From positions 1 through 40,200 of the forward strand of contig JAFQNW010000045.1 in assembly GCA_017420875.1 (NCBI GenBank): a stretch of 40,200 nt of DNA. Direction: 5' to 3'. How positions within the stretch are numbered: the first letter of the stretch is position 1; each line of letters begins with the position of its first letter. This DNA is from Bacteroidaceae bacterium (GTDB lineage: Bacteria > Bacteroidota > Bacteroidia > Bacteroidales > Bacteroidaceae). The notes under the pieces are model-generated. The model had not been told where the DNA came from and ran no database searches. It saw only the letters and a list, made by a program, of their open reading frames with translations. This document shows positions 16,778 through 26,419 of the stretch, piece after piece. The position numbers and the translations under genes were made by a program.

Positions 16778-18415
16778 TTAAGATTGGGCTTTAAATACAG
16801 GGGTTGCTTTTTGTGAATTGGCTTCGAACCCGAACCAATAACCGTGTAGCCCTGCTTCATCGGTAGGCAAGAAGCACAGACGGAGATTGTCCCGGTAACT
16901 TCCGTTCAGGATTGTCCAGCTTTCAGGGGGAACTTGGTGTTTGGTCTTTATCCGTTCGGCCGGTTGTTTCTTTAGGGACATGCCGGCTTCTATCCAGGCA
17001 ATGCTGGCATCCAACTGATAGGCTAGGTAATGTTTCCGACAAAACTCATAAAGCACAAGTCCGCGTTTTTCCAAGCTCATGGGCTGGTCGATAAGGTTAC
17101 CTTCGGTCAGGTAAGCCAAAAAGCGGGTTAAGAAGTCATCCTCTTGCAGAATCAACATTCGGGTAAGGTCTTGCCAGGCCGGAGTGTTATAGAAAGCATC
17201 CAACAAACGGGATAAGCGACGGGCTGTTTGCAATTCGCTGGTGCTGATTTCGTTGGTTTGCAACACTTCGTAAGGCGGAAGCGGAGAGAATCGGATGCCC
17301 AGCTCCGTTGCTCGGCGTCGCATGTCGGTGCCGGGCAGCAGTTTGAGTGATTCTAACTGGACCTCATCGGCTCGATATTCGGCCAAGGTGCGGATATCTT
17401 CGAAGATTTCATGCAAATGATAAAGCGGCAAGCCGGCTATCAGGTCGGCATGCGTCTGCATGTTGTCGAGCGAACAAAGGAATTGCAGACCGGATAAGGC
17501 TTCGGATAATTTTCCCATGCGAAGGCATTTTTCCAAGACACCTTCGCGTAAACTTTGTATGCCGGCTTCCAGATGGAGCAAACCTTTGGGCAAGGTTTGT
17601 AGCAGGGCCTTCAGTTCTTCGGTGAGCAAGGCCGGATGAATCTCGAGATGGAAGCGGATATGGGGGTAGAATTCCAAGAATAATTGCAGAAGTTCCTTGG
17701 CTCGGCGGGAGTTGAAGTTGAAGGTACGGTCGAGCACCCGAACATCCTTGATGCCGTGTTGGTGAATGATTTGCAAGCGTTCGCGAATCTTCTCGATGGG
17801 CAATGAGCGTACGGGCTTTTCACCTCCACTTACACAAAAAGCACAAGTGTTGAAGCAACCTCGGGTGGTTTCCAATTGCACAAAAGGTTTGCTCCAATTA
17901 AAGAAGCGGCTTTCTTCAGGTGGAGTCAGTTGGTCAAATTGCAAGACGCGTGCCAGCCCATTGTCGCAATATTGATTTTCCTCATTCAAGTAACACAAAC
18001 CAACGATATCTGTCCAAGCTTCCCGACGATTCCAACAAGCTATCCAACGTGGAAATTCCTGCTCGCCTTCTCCGCGGAAGACACAATCTATATAAGGATG
18101 GCAACGAAGGAACGTTTCATTTTCGCCCAAGAATTCAGGGCCACCCAAGATGATGCAAACATCAGGAAGTAAAGCCTTTGTACGCGAAAGGATATGCATC
18201 AGCACTTCGTGATTGAATAGCCAGGTGCTGGCGGCCAGCACATCAGGGCGATGATGCTGGATTTCATCCACAATCATGCCGACGTTCTCGTTGATGGTAC
18301 ACGATACCATCGACCATTCAATGTCTGCACGGTCTTGCATTTGGGCATGCAAAGCCGGCAAGGCCAACGAGGAATGGGCATACGAACTGTTCAAGTCAAG
18401 CCAAAGTATCTTCAT
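16778..18415 (-). CDS. B12-binding domain radical SAM protein (DUF4080-type C-terminus)
   Basis: Cobalamin-binding region (NSSYAHSSLAL, IILGGPE, RGEGE). CxxxCxxC motif in ETTRGCFNTCAFC, plus LDRTFN, EAGIQS and HADLIAGLP. Confidence 0.88.
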   Translation of the reverse strand: MKILWLDLNSSYAHSSLALPALHAQMQDRADIEWSMVSCTINENVGMIVDEIQHHRPDVLAASTWLFNHEVLMHILSRTKALLPDVCIILGGPEFLGENETFLRCHPYIDCVFRGEGEQEFPRWIACWNRREAWTDIVGLCYLNEENQYCDNGLARVLQFDQLTPPEESRFFNWSKPFVQLETTRGCFNTCAFCVSGGEKPVRSLPIEKIRERLQIIHQHGIKDVRVLDRTFNFNSRRAKELLQLFLEFYPHIRFHLEIHPALLTEELKALLQTLPKGLLHLEAGIQSLREGVLEKCLRMGKLSEALSGLQFLCSLDNMQTHADLIAGLPLYHLHEIFEDIRTLAEYRADEVQLESLKLLPGTDMRRRATELGIRFSPLPPYEVLQTNEISTSELQTARRLSRLLDAFYNTPAWQDLTRMLILQEDDFLTRFLAYLTEGNLIDQPMSLEKRGLVLYEFCRKHYLAYQLDASIAWIEAGMSLKKQPAERIKTKHQVPPESWTILNGSYRDNLRLCFLPTDEAGLHGYWFGFEANSQKATPVFKAQS

Positions 18416-18417
18416 GA

Positions 18418-19869
18418 TTATTTTCGGGATTGAAAGATGTGGGCAGACAAGAAACCTACCAAGAAAATAATGATGGTTCCCAATACAATAGCCAAGTATT
18501 CATGGATGCCCGATTCAGGAAGCCCCAACCATTGGTCGGCCGAAATCCAGGCAATGACGATGGCTCCACAAATCACTCCAATGGCGGCATCGATGTGACG
18601 TGCTTTCTTTGCTAAGTATCCTAATAAAAACAACCCTAACATACCACCGCTGAAGATGGAGGAAAGCTTCCACCATGCATCCAGGATGCTTTCGACATTA
18701 AGTAAGGCCAATGCGACGAAAATACCCAATACCCCAACGATAAGGCTCGAAATTTTCAAGACGAAAAGTCGTTCGCGGTCGGATGTATGCTTGCGGATTC
18801 GTTGATAATAATCTGTTAAGATAATGGTTGAAGCACTGGTGACACTGGTTGCTACCGTACTCATGCCAGCGGCAAAGATCGATGCGATTAAGAGTCCTGT
18901 CAACCCCACCGGAAGTTGGTTGACGATGAAAAATGGGAAAACATAATCGGCTTTGATACCTTCCGCAGGAAGCAAGTCGGGATGTATTTTGTAGTAAGTA
19001 TAAAGGGCTGTCCCTATCAGAAAGAATACGGCAGAAACCGGAATGAACAAGTAGCCCCCAAACAAGGCCGAGAATTTAGCCTCTTTCTCGTTCTTGGCGG
19101 TATGATAACGTTGCACATAGTTCTGGTCGATGCCATAATTCTGAAGGTTGGTGAACACACCATAAATGAGGCATACCCAGAATGTGGAAGTGCTGAGATC
19201 GGCCGAGAATTCGCCTAAATCGAATTTATGGTCGGCAATGGCCATTTCGAAGGTCTGCATAGGCCCTTCGGGCATGCTGAATAGAAGTACAATCAGGCAG
19301 ATTACGGCTCCACCAATCAGGATGAAACCTTGAATGGCCTCGGTCCAAATTACTGCCTTGATGCCTCCCAACATGGAATAGATGACAATGGCTATGCTGG
19401 TCACTACAATGACCGTTTGGATGTCCCATCCCATCAGGATGTTCATGGGTAAGGCCAAAAGGAACAGGATGGAACCCATGCGAGCTATTTGGGTCAGCAG
19501 GTAGCAAGCTGACGCATACAATCGAGCCCAAGTGCCGAACTTCTCTTCCAAAAAGCTATAGGCTGATACGCTTCCTTGGCTTCGGTAGAAAGGTACAAAA
19601 TACTTGGCGGCAAAGTAAGAGGCTATCGGGATGGACAGGCTAAACACAAAAGCATTCCAATTGCTGGAATAGGCGTTTCCCGGATAGCCCAGGTAGCTGA
19701 TACTACTGACGTAAGTTGCAAAGATTGACATGCCGACTACCCAGCCTGGCAAACTACGGCCTGCCGAAGTGAACTCGTCTGCAGAAAGTTTCTTGTTGAA
19801 AAAAGAACAACCGAACACAACGATGCCTCCGGTGAAAAGGAAAAAGATGATAAGGTCTATTATGTGCAT
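18418..19869 (-). CDS. Sodium:solute symporter (SSS family, sugar-acid / SiaT-like)
   Basis: AGRSLPGWVVGMSIFAT.VSSISYLG.PG, GGIKAVIWTEAIQ, DQNYVQRY and GLLIASIFAAGMST. Confidence 0.9.
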   Translation of the reverse strand: MHIIDLIIFFLFTGGIVVFGCSFFNKKLSADEFTSAGRSLPGWVVGMSIFATYVSSISYLGYPGNAYSSNWNAFVFSLSIPIASYFAAKYFVPFYRSQGSVSAYSFLEEKFGTWARLYASACYLLTQIARMGSILFLLALPMNILMGWDIQTVIVVTSIAIVIYSMLGGIKAVIWTEAIQGFILIGGAVICLIVLLFSMPEGPMQTFEMAIADHKFDLGEFSADLSTSTFWVCLIYGVFTNLQNYGIDQNYVQRYHTAKNEKEAKFSALFGGYLFIPVSAVFFLIGTALYTYYKIHPDLLPAEGIKADYVFPFFIVNQLPVGLTGLLIASIFAAGMSTVATSVTSASTIILTDYYQRIRKHTSDRERLFVLKISSLIVGVLGIFVALALLNVESILDAWWKLSSIFSGGMLGLFLLGYLAKKARHIDAAIGVICGAIVIAWISADQWLGLPESGIHEYLAIVLGTIIIFLVGFLSAHIFQSRK

Positions 19870-19880
19870 AAATTACATTC

Positions 19881-20819
19881 TTAGAGGATTAGCTTTCCGT
19901 TTTCGATGGGCAGGTTTTCCAATGCCTGACGAATCTTTTCGCGTTCGGGAGCCTGGAATTTGTTGAACGGTGAAGCTACAAAGTCGTCGTTGATAATGCC
20001 CAATATAGATAGGGCACATTTCAATCCTTTCAGATAGCTGGATCCGTGTTTGCCTACCTTATATATACTGCAGCTGATTTGCATGATGTATTGTTGCAGG
20101 CGAAGCACTTCGGCAATGTTGTGCGATTTAGCAGCCTGATACATGGCGACATATAGCTCGGGAAAGAGGTTGGCTCCACCGTTGATGCCGCCATGCCCAC
20201 CCATCAATACACATTGGCCGGTCATTTCTTCCGGGCCTACCAGCATGGCAAAGTCCGGACGGTCTTTCATGGCATACATGACCGATTGGAAGTATACACC
20301 ATTGGCCGAGCTGTCTTTAAAACCAACCACTTGTGGGTTTTGGGCTATGCGATGAACCGTTTGTGGGTCGAAACTTACTTTCACATGCGAAGGCATGTTG
20401 TATAGGAATATAGGGAGGGGTAGTTGGGGAACCAGCTCTTCGTAGAATTCGGCCAATTCGGGTTGTCCTGTGGCAAAATAGTAGGGAGGAGCGGAAACGA
20501 CTCCCGATGCACCGCAATCGGCAGCAGTGTGGGACAGTTTTACACTTTCAACAATGGAGGTGTCGGTGATGCAGGCCAATACGGGTAAGCGTCCTTGGTT
20601 AATCCGGCAGGTCTCTTCAATCATTTGTTTGCGAACCCGGTAGCTGAGGCTCTGTTCTTCTCCGGTGGTTCCTAAGATGAAAAGCCCGTTTACTCCACCT
20701 TGAATCAAGTGTTCGATGAGTCTTTCCAAACTTTCGATGTCTAAAGTTTCGTTGTCTTTCAAAGGAGTGACAAGAGGAGGTATAATGCCGCAAAGTGGGT
20801 TTTGAAGATTCGTTTTCAT
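19881..20819 (-). CDS. Dihydrodipicolinate synthase / N-acetylneuraminate lyase family aldolase
   Basis: GIIPPLVTP, LGTTGE, PPYY, LYNMP and the Schiff-base Lys in GFKDSS. ATG at 20819 is preferred because a -7-like TATATTTG on - at 20850-20857 overlaps the longer start. Confidence 0.88.
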   Translation of the reverse strand: MKTNLQNPLCGIIPPLVTPLKDNETLDIESLERLIEHLIQGGVNGLFILGTTGEEQSLSYRVRKQMIEETCRINQGRLPVLACITDTSIVESVKLSHTAADCGASGVVSAPPYYFATGQPELAEFYEELVPQLPLPIFLYNMPSHVKVSFDPQTVHRIAQNPQVVGFKDSSANGVYFQSVMYAMKDRPDFAMLVGPEEMTGQCVLMGGHGGINGGANLFPELYVAMYQAAKSHNIAEVLRLQQYIMQISCSIYKVGKHGSSYLKGLKCALSILGIINDDFVASPFNKFQAPEREKIRQALENLPIENGKLIL

Positions 20820-20922
20820 AGCTGATTTTTCGTATTTGATAATGAATAACAAATATAAAGGATTATTCGGAAATATTCGGCAAACTTTTCTATCTTTGTG
20901 TGATTAACGTAGAGTAGATGGC

Positions 20923-21546
20923 ATGAACTTGATTAGAAGAATTTGGAATTGGTGCAGGCGTTTCCGCTATCGTTGTGGTTATGGTGTGCATTCTCCGTCG
21001 GACTTCTTTCTCATTACTTCGGTGGTGTATGAGAAACTTCCTTATTATGCCTATCGTGAACTGGAGAATCATGCATCGGCCGGTTCGTCTTCGTTTTATC
21101 GTGGTAAGGTAAATCGTTTGCTCTTCAGGCTGGTGAACTATTTCCGCCCGTCCTTTTTGATTGAGGTGGGACGAGGAGATGGTACGGCTTTCCGCTATAT
21201 ACAGGCTGCTCGAACATCAATGAAAGCCTTGAGTGTGGAAGGAAGGACTTCTGAAGAAACTTTGTTGCATTTGGAGAAAGCGATGAAGGGGAAGAAATCG
21301 GTCGATTTGTTGCATGTGGCCGACACCCCTTATTATGCAGAAGCCGTGGAGAAGATGCTGCCTTGTCTGACAGATGGTTCTTGTATGATAGTGGGTGGAA
21401 TTTATGCGTCCAAAGCAAAGCAAGAATGGTGGAAAGGGTTGTTGGAAGACGAGCGGGTAAGGATTACGTTCGATTTGTATGACATAGGTATTGTCTTGTT
21501 CGACTCAAAACGTCACAAGCAAAATTATATAGTAAATTTCTTTTAA
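20923..21546 (+). CDS. Conserved hypothetical protein, class I SAM-dependent methyltransferase-like
   Basis: GYGVHSP, LLFRLVNYF.P, glycine-rich IEVGRGDG and ITFDLYDIGIV; -7 TATCTTTG at 20891-20898. Confidence 0.6.
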   Translation: MNLIRRIWNWCRRFRYRCGYGVHSPSDFFLITSVVYEKLPYYAYRELENHASAGSSSFYRGKVNRLLFRLVNYFRPSFLIEVGRGDGTAFRYIQAARTSMKALSVEGRTSEETLLHLEKAMKGKKSVDLLHVADTPYYAEAVEKMLPCLTDGSCMIVGGIYASKAKQEWWKGLLEDERVRITFDLYDIGIVLFDSKRHKQNYIVNFF

Positions 21547-21552
21547 TGCGAT

Positions 21553-22116
21553 ATGAAAAAAAGTTTGATTTATACACGTACTGGTGACAAGGGGACAACT
21601 TCGTTGGTAGGAGGAACCAGAGTTCCAAAGACACACGTTCGCTTGGAAGCTTATGGTACGGTAGATGAGCTGAATGCTCATTTGGGCTTGCTCTATACAG
21701 GGCTGACAGATGAAAACGACCGAAAGACGATTCTTTGGGTGCAACACAAACTGTTTTCTGTAGGGTCTTATTTGGCTACAGACCAGAATCTTACGGAGTT
21801 GCGTATCGAAAGCCAGATAGCCGATGAAGATATCCTCCGTCTGGAAAAGGCCATTGACGAGACAGACGGGCAACTTCCCCCTCTGAAAGCCTTCGTGATT
21901 CCTGGAGGTTCGAAGGAGTCGGCCATTTGCCAAGTGTGCCGTACGGTTTGTCGTCGGGCAGAAAGACGCATTCTTACCTTGTCCGAAAGTTGCGAAGTAA
22001 CCTCCAATGTCTCGGCCTTTATCAATCGTTTGTCCGATTATTTGTTTGTTTTAGGACGAAAATTGAACTTATTATCCGGCACGGCTGAAATTTATTGGGA
22101 TAAAAGTTGTATTTGA
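21553..22116 (+). CDS. Cob(I)alamin / cob(I)yrinic acid adenosyltransferase, PduO type
   Basis: [30 protein letters not shown] and INRLSDYLF. Confidence 0.95.
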   Translation: MKKSLIYTRTGDKGTTSLVGGTRVPKTHVRLEAYGTVDELNAHLGLLYTGLTDENDRKTILWVQHKLFSVGSYLATDQNLTELRIESQIADEDILRLEKAIDETDGQLPPLKAFVIPGGSKESAICQVCRTVCRRAERRILTLSESCEVTSNVSAFINRLSDYLFVLGRKLNLLSGTAEIYWDKSCI

Positions 22117-22189
22117 AATATTTTGTTATACTTTTGCGGCTGATATGAGAGTATAATCTAAATGTAATATTTTTTAAATAAGAAATAGT

Positions 22190-22411
22190 ATGTATTGGAC
22201 ATTAGAATTGGCTTCCAAATTGGAAGATGCACCATGGCCTGCTTCAAAAGATGAATTGATTGATTATGCCATCCGTTCGGGTTCTCCGTTGGAAGTGATT
22301 GAAAACTTGCAGGAGATGGAAGATGAAGGCGAAATCTATGAAAGTATCGAAGATATCTGGCCTGATTATCCTAGTAAGGAAGACTTTTTCTTCAACGAAG
22401 ACGAATATTAA
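22190..22411 (+). CDS. DUF2795 domain protein
   Basis: MYWTLELASKLEDAPWPASKDELIDYAIRSG, a highly conserved small acidic Bacteroidetes protein. Confidence 0.88.
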   Translation: MYWTLELASKLEDAPWPASKDELIDYAIRSGSPLEVIENLQEMEDEGEIYESIEDIWPDYPSKEDFFFNEDEY

Positions 22412-22426
22412 TTTAAAGAAAATAGG

Positions 22427-22454
22427 AAGGTGCTCTGGCTGGGCACCTTTTTTT
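22427..22454 (+). terminator. Intrinsic terminator
   Basis: Stem AAGGTGCTC / GGGCACCTT followed by a T run. Confidence 0.65.
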
Positions 22455-22461
22455 GTGGGAT

Positions 22462-22533
22462 AAAACGTGAAGGCGTTTTTAAAAAACGTCAGCACGAATG
22501 AGGGAAAACGTCAGCACGTTTTATATAAATGTC
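22462..22533. repeat. Short tandem array of 21-22-bp AAAACGT..CGTTTT quasi-palindromic units
   Basis: AAAACGT at 22462, 22483 and 22505; AAAACGTCAGCACG occurs twice exactly; a degenerate fourth unit near 22526. Confidence 0.7.
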
Positions 22534-22593
22534 GAAAGTGAACTTTTCGCGTTAAAAATTTGTTTATCTTTGCAGACGTAAACATAAATATGC

Positions 22594-23166
22594 ATGAATA
22601 TGAAAAAGGTTATTAGTGTATTAATGGTAGCAGTAGCCCTGATGATGGCGGCTCCTGCACAGGCTCAGTTGATTAAATTTGGTTTGAAAGGTGGTATGAA
22701 CTTTACCAAGTTGGATTTTGATGCAAAGAGTGTAAATGAGGTAAAAGATAATTCGACCGGTTTCTTTATCGGACCGATGGCCGAAATTACCCTTCCTATT
22801 ATTGGTTTGGGCATTGATGGTGCGTTGATGTACTCTCAACGTGGGGAAGAAGATTACAAGCAACAGGGTATTGAAGTACCTGTGAACTTGAAATATACCA
22901 TCGGCTTGGGTAGCATGTTAGGTTTCTACCTGGCAGCAGGTCCGGATTTCTTCTTCAATTTCAAGGACATTGATTTGCAAAATGTAGAAGCAAAGAAGAC
23001 TCAAGTTGCCATTAACTTAGGTGCCGGCTTGAAGTTGTTGCGTAAGTTGCAAGTAGGTGTAAACTATCAAATCCCGATGGGTGATGCCTTTACTTGGGGA
23101 AATGCAAGCGAAGCCATTGGTGCAAAGAACAAGATTTGGCAAGTCTCTGCAGCCTACATTTTCTAA
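22594..23166 (+). CDS. Porin family / outer-membrane beta-barrel protein
   Basis: Signal peptide, FGLKGGMN, LMYSQRG, IEVPVNLKY, AGPDF and a C-terminal F; -7 TATCTTTG at 22565-22572. Confidence 0.85.
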   Translation: MNMKKVISVLMVAVALMMAAPAQAQLIKFGLKGGMNFTKLDFDAKSVNEVKDNSTGFFIGPMAEITLPIIGLGIDGALMYSQRGEEDYKQQGIEVPVNLKYTIGLGSMLGFYLAAGPDFFFNFKDIDLQNVEAKKTQVAINLGAGLKLLRKLQVGVNYQIPMGDAFTWGNASEAIGAKNKIWQVSAAYIF

Positions 23167-23185
23167 GCGAATTGGAAATTACAAT

Positions 23186-23223
23186 AAAAAGGAGGCATTC
23201 TGTAGGGAGTGCCTCCTTTTTTT
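23186..23223 (+). terminator. Intrinsic terminator
   Basis: Stem AAAAAGGAGGCATTC / GAGTGCCTCCTTTTT. Confidence 0.75.
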
Positions 23224-23236
23224 ATAACTTTGCTGT

Positions 23237-25699
23237 ATGAAAAAATACGTCGATGTCATCGTCCCTTTGCCCATTGCCGGACAATACACTTATTCGCTTC
23301 CTGCCGAGATGGAAGAAAGCGTTCAGGTGGGTTGTCGGGTAGTCGTATCGTTCGGGCGGAAGAAATATTATACCGCCATCGTGACAAAGGTGCACGAGGT
23401 AGCTCCCGAAGGATACGAGACGAAGGATATCGAAGAAGTATTGGACAAGTCGCCGGCCATTCTTCCTACTCAATTCCGCTTTTGGGAATGGTTGTCCTCC
23501 TATTATTTATGTATGCTGGGCGATGTCTATAAGGCAGCCATGCCCTCGGGGATGAAGCTGGAAAGCGAAACGATAGTGGCTTACAATGAAGACTTTGAAG
23601 CATCGGAGCCTCTTCCGAAAAGCGAGCAACATTTGTTGGATTTGTTGGAAACGGACAATGAACAAAGTCTGACGCAATTGCAAAAGGTCAGTGGCTTGAA
23701 AAGTATCCTCCCCGTCATCAAACGATTGTTGGACAAGCAAGCAGTTTTTGTGAAGGAAGACTTAAAACGGAGTTATAAGCCACGAACGGAAGCTCGGATA
23801 AGATTGGCCGATAAAACACTGAACGAATCGAGTATGCACCAGTTGTTCGATACGTTGGCTAGGACCAAGAAACAGCTAGCCTTGTTGATGAAATATGTTG
23901 AATTCTCCGGATGGATGGGTCCTGAAGGCATCCTGAAAGAGGTGTCCAAGAAAACGTTGTTGGAAAAATCGGGAGTATCTTCTTCTGTCTTGAACAATTT
24001 GGTGGAGAAAGGCGTGTTTGAACTCTATTACCATGAGGTGGGGCGTTTGGATAATTCTTCCCGAAGGACAATCGACTTGAATCCTTTGAATACGGCTCAG
24101 CAACAAGCTTTCGAGAATATACTAACCTCTTTCAAGCAGAAGAATGTATGTTTGTTGCATGGGGTGACTTCCAGTGGTAAGACCGAAATATATATCCACC
24201 TCATTCAGGAAGCATTGAAGGAAGGAAAGCAAGTGTTATATCTCTTGCCGGAAATTGCTTTGACTACTCAAATTACCGAACGCCTGAGGAGAGTATTTGG
24301 ACATCGGTTAGGAGTGTATCATTCAAAATTCCCCGATGCAGAAAGGGTTGAGATTTGGCAAAAACAATTGAGCGACGATAATTACGACATCATATTGGGA
24401 GTACGTTCCTCCATCTTTCTACCGTTTAAACGATTGGGCCTGATTATTGTGGACGAGGAGCATGAAAATACCTACAAGCAACAAGAGCCGGCACCTCGTT
24501 ATCATGCCCGGAACTCGGCCATTATGTTGGCGTCCATGTATGGTGCGAAAGTATTGTTAGGTACAGCTACCCCAAGCGTGGAAAGCTATTTCAACGCTAC
24601 GACGGGCAAATACGGATTGGTGGAGTTGAAGGAACGATATAAAGATATCCAGTTACCACATATCGAGCTGGTGGACATCAAGGAACTCGTTCATCAAAAA
24701 CGGATGAGGGGACCCTTTTCGCCCATGTTGGTGAAGGCTATCAGAGAGGCCTTGGACAATAAGGAACAAGTCATCTTGTTTCAAAACCGAAGAGGATTTG
24801 CCCCTATGATTGAGTGCCGTACTTGTGGCTGGGTTCCGAAATGCAAGAATTGCGATGTGAGCCTTACTTATCACAAAGGATTGAATCAGTTGACTTGCCA
24901 TTATTGCGGATATACCCAATCGCTCCAAGTGTCATGTCCGGCTTGCGGTGGCGTGGAGCTGATAAATCGAGGCATGGGAACAGAACGGATAGAAGAGGAT
25001 GTGCAATTGATTTTCCCCGAAGCCAAGGTTGCACGGATGGATTTGGATACCACCCGAACGCGGTCGGCATATGAAAGAATCATTGCTGATTTTGAGCAAG
25101 GAAAAACAGATATACTGATAGGTACTCAAATGGTTTCAAAGGGTTTGGACTTTGAGCATGTGAGTGTGGTTGGTATCCTGAATGCAGATACCATGCTGAA
25201 TTATCCGGACTTCAGAAGCTACGAACGAGCTTATCAGCTGATGGCTCAGGTAGCAGGTCGTGCGGGTAGAAAGAACAAACGAGGATTGGTCCTCTTGCAG
25301 ACAAAGTCTCCGGAACTTCCGGTTATTCATCAGGTAATAAAGAACGATTACGAACAATTGTATGATGACCAATTGGCCGAACGTCAGTTGTTCAGATACC
25401 CTCCTTATTATCGGTTGGTTTATGTTTACTTGAAGCACCGGAAAGAGTCTGTGCTTGATCAAGCTGCTGAAGTTGTGGCTAGCATGCTTCGGACAGGCTT
25501 GGGTAATCGGGTGTTGGGACCGGACAAACCTCCTGTGTCGCGTATACAGACTTTGTTTATAAAAAAGATGATGATCAAGGTGGAACTTTCCGCTTCTATG
25601 ACGAAAGTTCGGGACTATTTACAGGCCGTTCAACGTACGTTGTTGGAAGATGAACGTTTCCGCACGATAACCATATATTATGACGTAGATCCACAGTAA
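23237..25699 (+). CDS. priA: Primosomal protein N' (replication restart helicase)
   Basis: LLHGVTSSGKTE, LLPEIALT, DEEH, LFQNRRG, a zinc-binding Cys cluster, GTQMVSKGLDF and QVAGRAGR. Confidence 0.97.
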   Translation: MKKYVDVIVPLPIAGQYTYSLPAEMEESVQVGCRVVVSFGRKKYYTAIVTKVHEVAPEGYETKDIEEVLDKSPAILPTQFRFWEWLSSYYLCMLGDVYKAAMPSGMKLESETIVAYNEDFEASEPLPKSEQHLLDLLETDNEQSLTQLQKVSGLKSILPVIKRLLDKQAVFVKEDLKRSYKPRTEARIRLADKTLNESSMHQLFDTLARTKKQLALLMKYVEFSGWMGPEGILKEVSKKTLLEKSGVSSSVLNNLVEKGVFELYYHEVGRLDNSSRRTIDLNPLNTAQQQAFENILTSFKQKNVCLLHGVTSSGKTEIYIHLIQEALKEGKQVLYLLPEIALTTQITERLRRVFGHRLGVYHSKFPDAERVEIWQKQLSDDNYDIILGVRSSIFLPFKRLGLIIVDEEHENTYKQQEPAPRYHARNSAIMLASMYGAKVLLGTATPSVESYFNATTGKYGLVELKERYKDIQLPHIELVDIKELVHQKRMRGPFSPMLVKAIREALDNKEQVILFQNRRGFAPMIECRTCGWVPKCKNCDVSLTYHKGLNQLTCHYCGYTQSLQVSCPACGGVELINRGMGTERIEEDVQLIFPEAKVARMDLDTTRTRSAYERIIADFEQGKTDILIGTQMVSKGLDFEHVSVVGILNADTMLNYPDFRSYERAYQLMAQVAGRAGRKNKRGLVLLQTKSPELPVIHQVIKNDYEQLYDDQLAERQLFRYPPYYRLVYVYLKHRKESVLDQAAEVVASMLRTGLGNRVLGPDKPPVSRIQTLFIKKMMIKVELSASMTKVRDYLQAVQRTLLEDERFRTITIYYDVDPQ

Positions 25700-25700
25700 G

Positions 25701-26417
25701 ATGATGAAAATAGAATTGGATGTGCATACTCATACTGTCGCCAGTGGGCATGCATACAGTACATTGCAAGAAATGGCGAAGGCAGGTGCCGAGAAAGGCC
25801 TGAAGATTTTGGGAATAACAGAACATACATCTGGCATACCAGGAGCTTGCGACCCGATTTATTTCCGGAATTTGCATGTCGTGCCTCGCAGGATGTATGG
25901 AGTGGAGTTGTTGTTGGGAGCTGAAATTAATATCCTGGATAGTGCCGGTAATATTGATGCAGATGCGGATTTGATGAGGCGTTTGGACTTGCGAATTGCA
26001 GGTATTCATTTGTTGTGTTATCAGCATGGTAACAAAGAAGAGAATACACAAGGCATGATAAAAGTAATCAGTCATCCTTCTATCCAAATTATCAGTCATC
26101 CAGGGGACGGTACGGCTCAATTAGACTTTGAACCCATTGTCCTAGCCTCTAAAGAATACGGTACGTTGTTGGAAATTAACAATAGTTCGTTGAAGCCTTG
26201 TCGTAACAAGGTAGACGCCCGTGAAAACAATTTGGCGATTCTTCGGTTGTGTAAACAATATGAGGTTCCGGTCATTCTGGGGAGTGATGCTCACATTTCT
26301 TTTGACATTGCGAACTATCAGTATATTCATGAATTGTTGCAAGAAACAGAATTTCCCGAAGCATTGATAGTCAATCGGAGTGTAGAAGAGTTTAAAAAGT
26401 GTTTGAAGAAAGTTTGA
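25701..26417 (+). CDS. PHP-domain phosphatase (YcdX-like)
   Basis: DVHTHTVASGHAYSTL, ITEH, ISHPG, LEINNSS and GSDAH. Confidence 0.9.
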   Translation: MMKIELDVHTHTVASGHAYSTLQEMAKAGAEKGLKILGITEHTSGIPGACDPIYFRNLHVVPRRMYGVELLLGAEINILDSAGNIDADADLMRRLDLRIAGIHLLCYQHGNKEENTQGMIKVISHPSIQIISHPGDGTAQLDFEPIVLASKEYGTLLEINNSSLKPCRNKVDARENNLAILRLCKQYEVPVILGSDAHISFDIANYQYIHELLQETEFPEALIVNRSVEEFKKCLKKV

Positions 26418-26419
26418 AT

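Noticed and set aside
19881-20819. Calling this gene dapA or nanA
   Set aside because: Family motifs do not fix the substrate. The transporter context argues against lysine biosynthesis, and no other nan genes are present.
20864-20880. TATTCGG direct repeat in the divergent promoter region
   Set aside because: Only two 7-mers and no cognate regulator nearby; too weak to call an operator.
16778-22116. Functional link between the B12 radical SAM gene and the PduO adenosyltransferase
   Set aside because: They lie in divergent transcription units, no cobalamin riboswitch was recognised, and such radical SAM enzymes do not generally need adenosylcobalamin.
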